Source: Balanoglossus misakiensis
Taxonomy: Eukaryota > Animalia > Hemichordata
Length of the DNA stretch: 64,000 nucleotides
Direction: 5' to 3'
NCBI GenBank assembly: GCA_040954595.2
Contig: CM082585.2
Span: 5,915,808 to 5,979,807 of the forward strand
This document shows positions 59,849-64,000 of this stretch, piece by piece. Below the pieces are notes generated by a model. It did no database searches, was not told the origin of the DNA, and worked only from the letters and a program-made list of their open reading frames with translations. The translations under genes were made by a program, and so were the position numbers. Within the stretch, counting starts at the first letter, position 1, and the number at the start of each line of letters is the position of its first letter.

Positions 59849-60810
59849 AAAAACAGCACCAAAAGACAGCTCAGCAGGGCCATTAGACACCACCACAGTA
59901 CCAGTGGATAGTACAGCAGTTTCAGAAGTAAACATCAGTACCAATTGACAAAACAGCACCAATAGACCACACAACAGGGCCAATAGACACCACCACAGTA
60001 CCAGCAGTTTCAGAAGTAAACATCAGTACCAATTGACAAAACAGCACCAATAGACCGCACAGCAGGGCCAATAGACACCACCACAGTACCAGTTGACAGT
60101 ACAGCAGTTTCAGAAGTAAACATCAGTACCAATGGACAAAACAGCACCAATAGACCGCACAGCAGGGCCAATAGACACCACCACAGTACCAGAGGATAGT
60201 ACAGCAGTTTCAGAAGTAAACATCAGTACCAATGGACAAAACAGCACCAATAGACCGCACAGCAGGGCCAATAGACACCACCACAGTACCAGTTGACAGT
60301 ACAGCAGTTTCAGAAGTAAACATCAGTACCAATGGACAAAACAGCACCAATAGACCGCACAGCAGGGCCAATAGACACCACCACAGTACCAGAGGATAGT
60401 ACAGCAGTTTCAGAAGTAAACATCAGTACCAATTGACAAAACAGCACCAATAGACCGCACAGCAGGGCCAATAGACACCACCACAGTACCAGTTGACAGT
60501 ACAGCAGTTTCAGAAGTAAACATCAGTACCAATGGACAAAACAGCACCAATAGACCGCACAGCAGGGCCAATAGACACCACCACAGTACCAGAGGATAGT
60601 ACAGCAGTTTCAGAAGTAAACATCAGTACCAATTGACAAAACAGCACCAATAGACCACACAGCAGGGCCAATAGACACCACCACAGTACCAGAGGATAGT
60701 ACAGCAGTTTCAGAAGTAAACATCAGTACCAATAAACAAAACAGCACCAATAGACCACACAGCAGGGCCAATAGACACCACCACAGTACCAGTTTAAAGT
60801 ACAGCAGTAC
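59849..60810. repeat. 100-bp-unit minisatellite (~9-10 copies) with alternating variants
   Basis: ACAGCAGTTTCAGAAGTAAA recurs at 60101, 60201, 60301, 60401, 60501, 60601 and 60701. Flanks are degenerate. Confidence 0.95.
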
Positions 60811-61295
60811 CAAAAGAAAACAGCAGTACCAATGAACAGAACAGCACCAATAGACATCACAGCAGTGACACTAGACACCAACGCATCACCAGTATTAATA
60901 TAGTAACAATGTAGAGCATACCAATACCAGCGGACAGCACAGTACCAAAAAACAAGAGAGTTGTACCAGTGGACAAGACATCAATCGTTCTATGTCAGTG
61001 GATCTGGCAAACTTCCAACCCAGTCAATTTAGCTATAGCGTCGCCATGTTGATCGCCAACTCAGCAAAGTGAAAGCCCGTAAAAATGTTCTGACACTTTT
61101 CACGGGGTCCACAACAGTCTCGACATGTCCTCTCAACTCGATGGGGAATTACAAAATCTTTTCTGTATACATCTGACCGACAGTTTCGCGCGCTTTTGGC
61201 CGGGAGTTTTTGATCCACACCAGTCGTAATCAATGCCACTGTGTAACAGACAAGTCACATACATGGGGGAAAAACAAGATTTCACTCACCAACTG

Positions 61296-61602
61296 CTAGT
61301 ATCCCCGTTGTTTGGTACAGCAGACGACTACTGCATAGACAGCCCAGAATGGACAAAACCTGGAAAAAAATAGGTTTGAAAAATTACTAACTCACAATCT
61401 ACGTGGAAATAACAGCGAGCGTTAAAATAAACAGAATTCTCTGGTGGGGGGAAATGAAATTGGAACGAAGTGCGTACACAATATTGCAGAGTGTCCAACT
61501 GGTCTTTACACAGCAATTTTTGTCATCATCCGGTTCACAGCAACACACTTTAGAACCGAAGTCACTGAAGCAATCGTCTCCGCAATCTTCACAATCAGCC
61601 AT
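61296..61602 (-). CDS. Putative 62-aa cysteine-rich single-pass membrane microprotein (2 coding exons)
   Basis: Exons 61602-61478 and 61359-61296 give MADCEDCGDDCFSDFGSKVCCCEPDDDKNCCVKTSWTLCNIVFCPFWAVYAVVVCCTKQRGY*. Kozak AAAATGG; upstream TATA and Inr-like element; GT-AG sites. Confidence 0.6.
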
Positions 61603-61623
61603 TTTTGCAGAATATCAACCCGC

Positions 61624-61657
61624 AATGAAAAATGTCAGAACCTGGCCCGTTTTTATA
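61624..61657 (-). promoter_or_regulatory. TATA box plus initiator-like element for the Cys-rich microprotein gene
   Basis: Minus-strand TATAAAAA (61657-61650) lies 31 nt upstream of the A in TCATT (61626). Confidence 0.5.
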
Positions 61658-62304
61658 CTTTTCTTTGACCAAAAACTCTACTAATTAGCATAAATGTAAA
61701 AGAAACTGACATCATACTTACCTAATACATGTAGCAAGTTCCTTTGTCTTCTGGCAGGGCCTGGCTAAATAAAAACGTAAAGGGGGTCTGTAAAAAGTCC
61801 CGTATTCCACATATATAGTGGAAAGCAATGGGCAGCTTCGACCAGATAAAGTGGTTGCTGATTGCGCTCAACCCCCGACATCTACAAGTGCCCCATCCCT
61901 AGAATGACGCAGTTTGTTTTCTAGAAACTGACAACCACCCGTGTCAGTTTCCCATTGGTCGACTATATAATTGATATTTACGTCATGTCGAAAATGAACA
62001 AAGTCAGCATTTAAAATTTGGGACTTTCCATCGGGTTTTCCAGCTAACATCATCAAAATGTACGAATAGCGTTTGCGATCGCAGATGTATTATTAAAACT
62101 AGGGTTTTTCCAGTTGGCCATACTTGCCCAGCAGTCCGCCCTGAGCTGAGTCATTCACCAACAACGACGACGCCGAAGCAGCGCATCGCATTTTTCGCTG
62201 AACAACGAAGTCGTTCTTTCAAGCCAACATTCGCCGGTCGTTCACCACACATGTATCCTAATATTCTGGAAAGCATTTGCTCCTTGGTCGTGACCCTTCT
62301 TGAC

Positions 62305-62954
62305 ATGGCAGAGAAACCTCAACCAGAGGAACCGAGCAGGGAAACCAAACTGAAAGACGCCGCCGCGGAGCTGGGCACCGACCGTCCGATGGCCGAACCA
62401 TTTGACATTGATGGTGATGAGAGTGTCAACCCGGTTGTACGAGAGCAACTCAGGAAAGGTAAGCGCTGTATTTCTCGATCTGTGCAGTCTTCACACCATC
62501 GCGAACACCTAGTTTTTGCCCAAACCGAATATTGAACGCATGTTGCTTCGAGATGTGTCTGACAAAATTCTTGTCAATTTCAGATCCATATTCATTGTGC
62601 CCAATAGCGCAGTCACCCCCCCCCCCTGTTATTACTAGCTATATTCTTAATTGTATAAGAAATGTTATCGTCTGCTTCTTTATGGCGATAGCCAAACGAT
62701 TTTAAAGGATATCATAAAATATGTACGAACATTACATGTCTGGTTTGTGTTTGTCCACGACGGCCATTTTGATTTCTAATAGGAATGTCTGGTACAATAA
62801 ATATACACGAAGCTCCCTTATATTTGTATCGCCAATACGGTGAAAGATTCGCTTAATTTAAACGTCCCATATTCTGTCTCTTTCAGCAAAAGAACGTCAA
62901 CCGCAGTCTGAGACGCAGCCACGGCAGAAGGAAACCAAAAAGCAAGACAGCTAG
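62305..62954 (+). CDS. Putative ~73-aa charged, likely disordered small protein (2 exons; an alternative upstream ATG at 62251 adds 18 aa)
   Basis: GACATGG start; exon 62305-62458 with AAG|GTAAGC donor; acceptor TCTCTTTCAG at 62886; in frame to TAG at 62954: MAEKPQPEEPSRETKLKDAAAELG...REQLRKAKERQPQSETQPRQKETKKQDS*. Confidence 0.5.
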
Positions 62955-63835
62955 AGATATCCGTCGTGATGACGTTGCCTAATGCCATCGACTGCCATAA
63001 TACCTTCACTGCCAACTGGATCACCATGGTCGACGTGATTGTGACGCTGTGATTTCAGTTCGCCTCCAGTAGGCAAGGACTCATATTGAACTAATACCTG
63101 ACACTAAACCAAAGAGACTTCTTGGGACACAGTAATTAATGTCCAGACATTATGATAAAAGCAGTTCCAAGTACATAGTATGGAAGAAAAAAACATTGAT
63201 TTTTTTACTTTCATTTTTCTGTTTTAATTTGACATGTACGACAATAGACAACACTTTTAACTTACCATTGGGACCTGGTAAATAGGTCTACTATTAGTTT
63301 TCATATCACAGGTCCTTCACAAAACATTTTAGAACAAGCTGGTGGTTGTTATTTTTTATTAAAACTTTATTATAATAAACATAAATCATTCATGGATTGA
63401 ATATCGTTTTTCTTGTGCTTACTTTTGAGACCACTGCAAACTTGGCCAATATTGTGTTTAACGAAGTACTATCAGGCCACGGGGCATAATTTTGTGTTTT
63501 TCGTGGCTGTTAAATTTGCCTCAGAGACCAATGATACTGGATAGAGGCCGACTGAACTTTAACATAATGTGACCTGGCGGTTGAACGCAGTCCGTCATTT
63601 GTTTGAAGGGACGAAAATAGCAATGGTGAAACTGTTTGAGGCGGTGCTTCGCGTGATAGAGACTGATTGGCAAGTCTAGTATAGTGGTACGTACAGGACC
63701 AGTTCAGTTCAGCATAATGTCTGGCCAATAGCCAACATCTATCTTTAGGATTCTTTACGATTCGGGGATTTTTACTGTTTCTGTTTCTGTTTTACGAAAA
63801 TGTTGATCGACTATGGGTAGCTCGTCAATAGTATG

Positions 63836-63838
<3 letters not shown>

Positions 63839-63919
<81 letters not shown>
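63839..63919. repeat. (CT)n microsatellite
   Basis: Read directly from the sequence. Confidence 0.95.
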
Positions 63920-63924
<5 letters not shown>

Positions 63925-64000
63925 TCAACATTTGTGACAACAGTTACTCATTTTGCAGTATCATCGAAAAAAATAGCCAATATTAGCTGGGAGTTTGGCA

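Noticed and set aside
59849-60810. Possible CRISPR-like array or repeat-coded protein
   Set aside because: Units are contiguous near-identical 100-mers without unique spacers, there are no cas genes, and the context is eukaryotic. The 100-bp period breaks the reading frame.
63755-63940. ER-repeat ORF
   Set aside because: It is a translation of a (CT)n/(GA)n microsatellite.

Overview
This is compact, intron-rich animal genomic DNA, probably from an invertebrate deuterostome (inferred from gene content, not proven). It is not prokaryotic, and I see no CRISPR array or RNA gene. All gene models were spliced by hand from GT-AG boundaries. In order: the first coding exon of RSF1 (-); two tandem CD73/NT5E-like 5'-nucleotidases (-, 8 coding exons each); a 19-exon secreted mosaic metalloprotease (+, ~1236 aa: signal peptide, ADAMTS-type prodomain, M12B catalytic domain, disintegrin-like domain, C-type lectin, 2 kringles, 2 pentraxin domains, no TSP1 repeats); a BTB-BTB-BACK-Kelch gene with an intronless CDS (-); RYK (-) head-to-head with glutathione reductase (+); and two divergent small spliced ORFs (a 62-aa Cys-rich membrane microprotein and a ~73-aa charged protein). 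At least five MITE-like families, a 100-bp minisatellite and several microsatellites fill the introns. The best novelty candidates are the exon-shuffled lectin/kringle/pentraxin metalloprotease, the Cys-rich microprotein and the NT5E paralogs with a remodelled substrate pocket.
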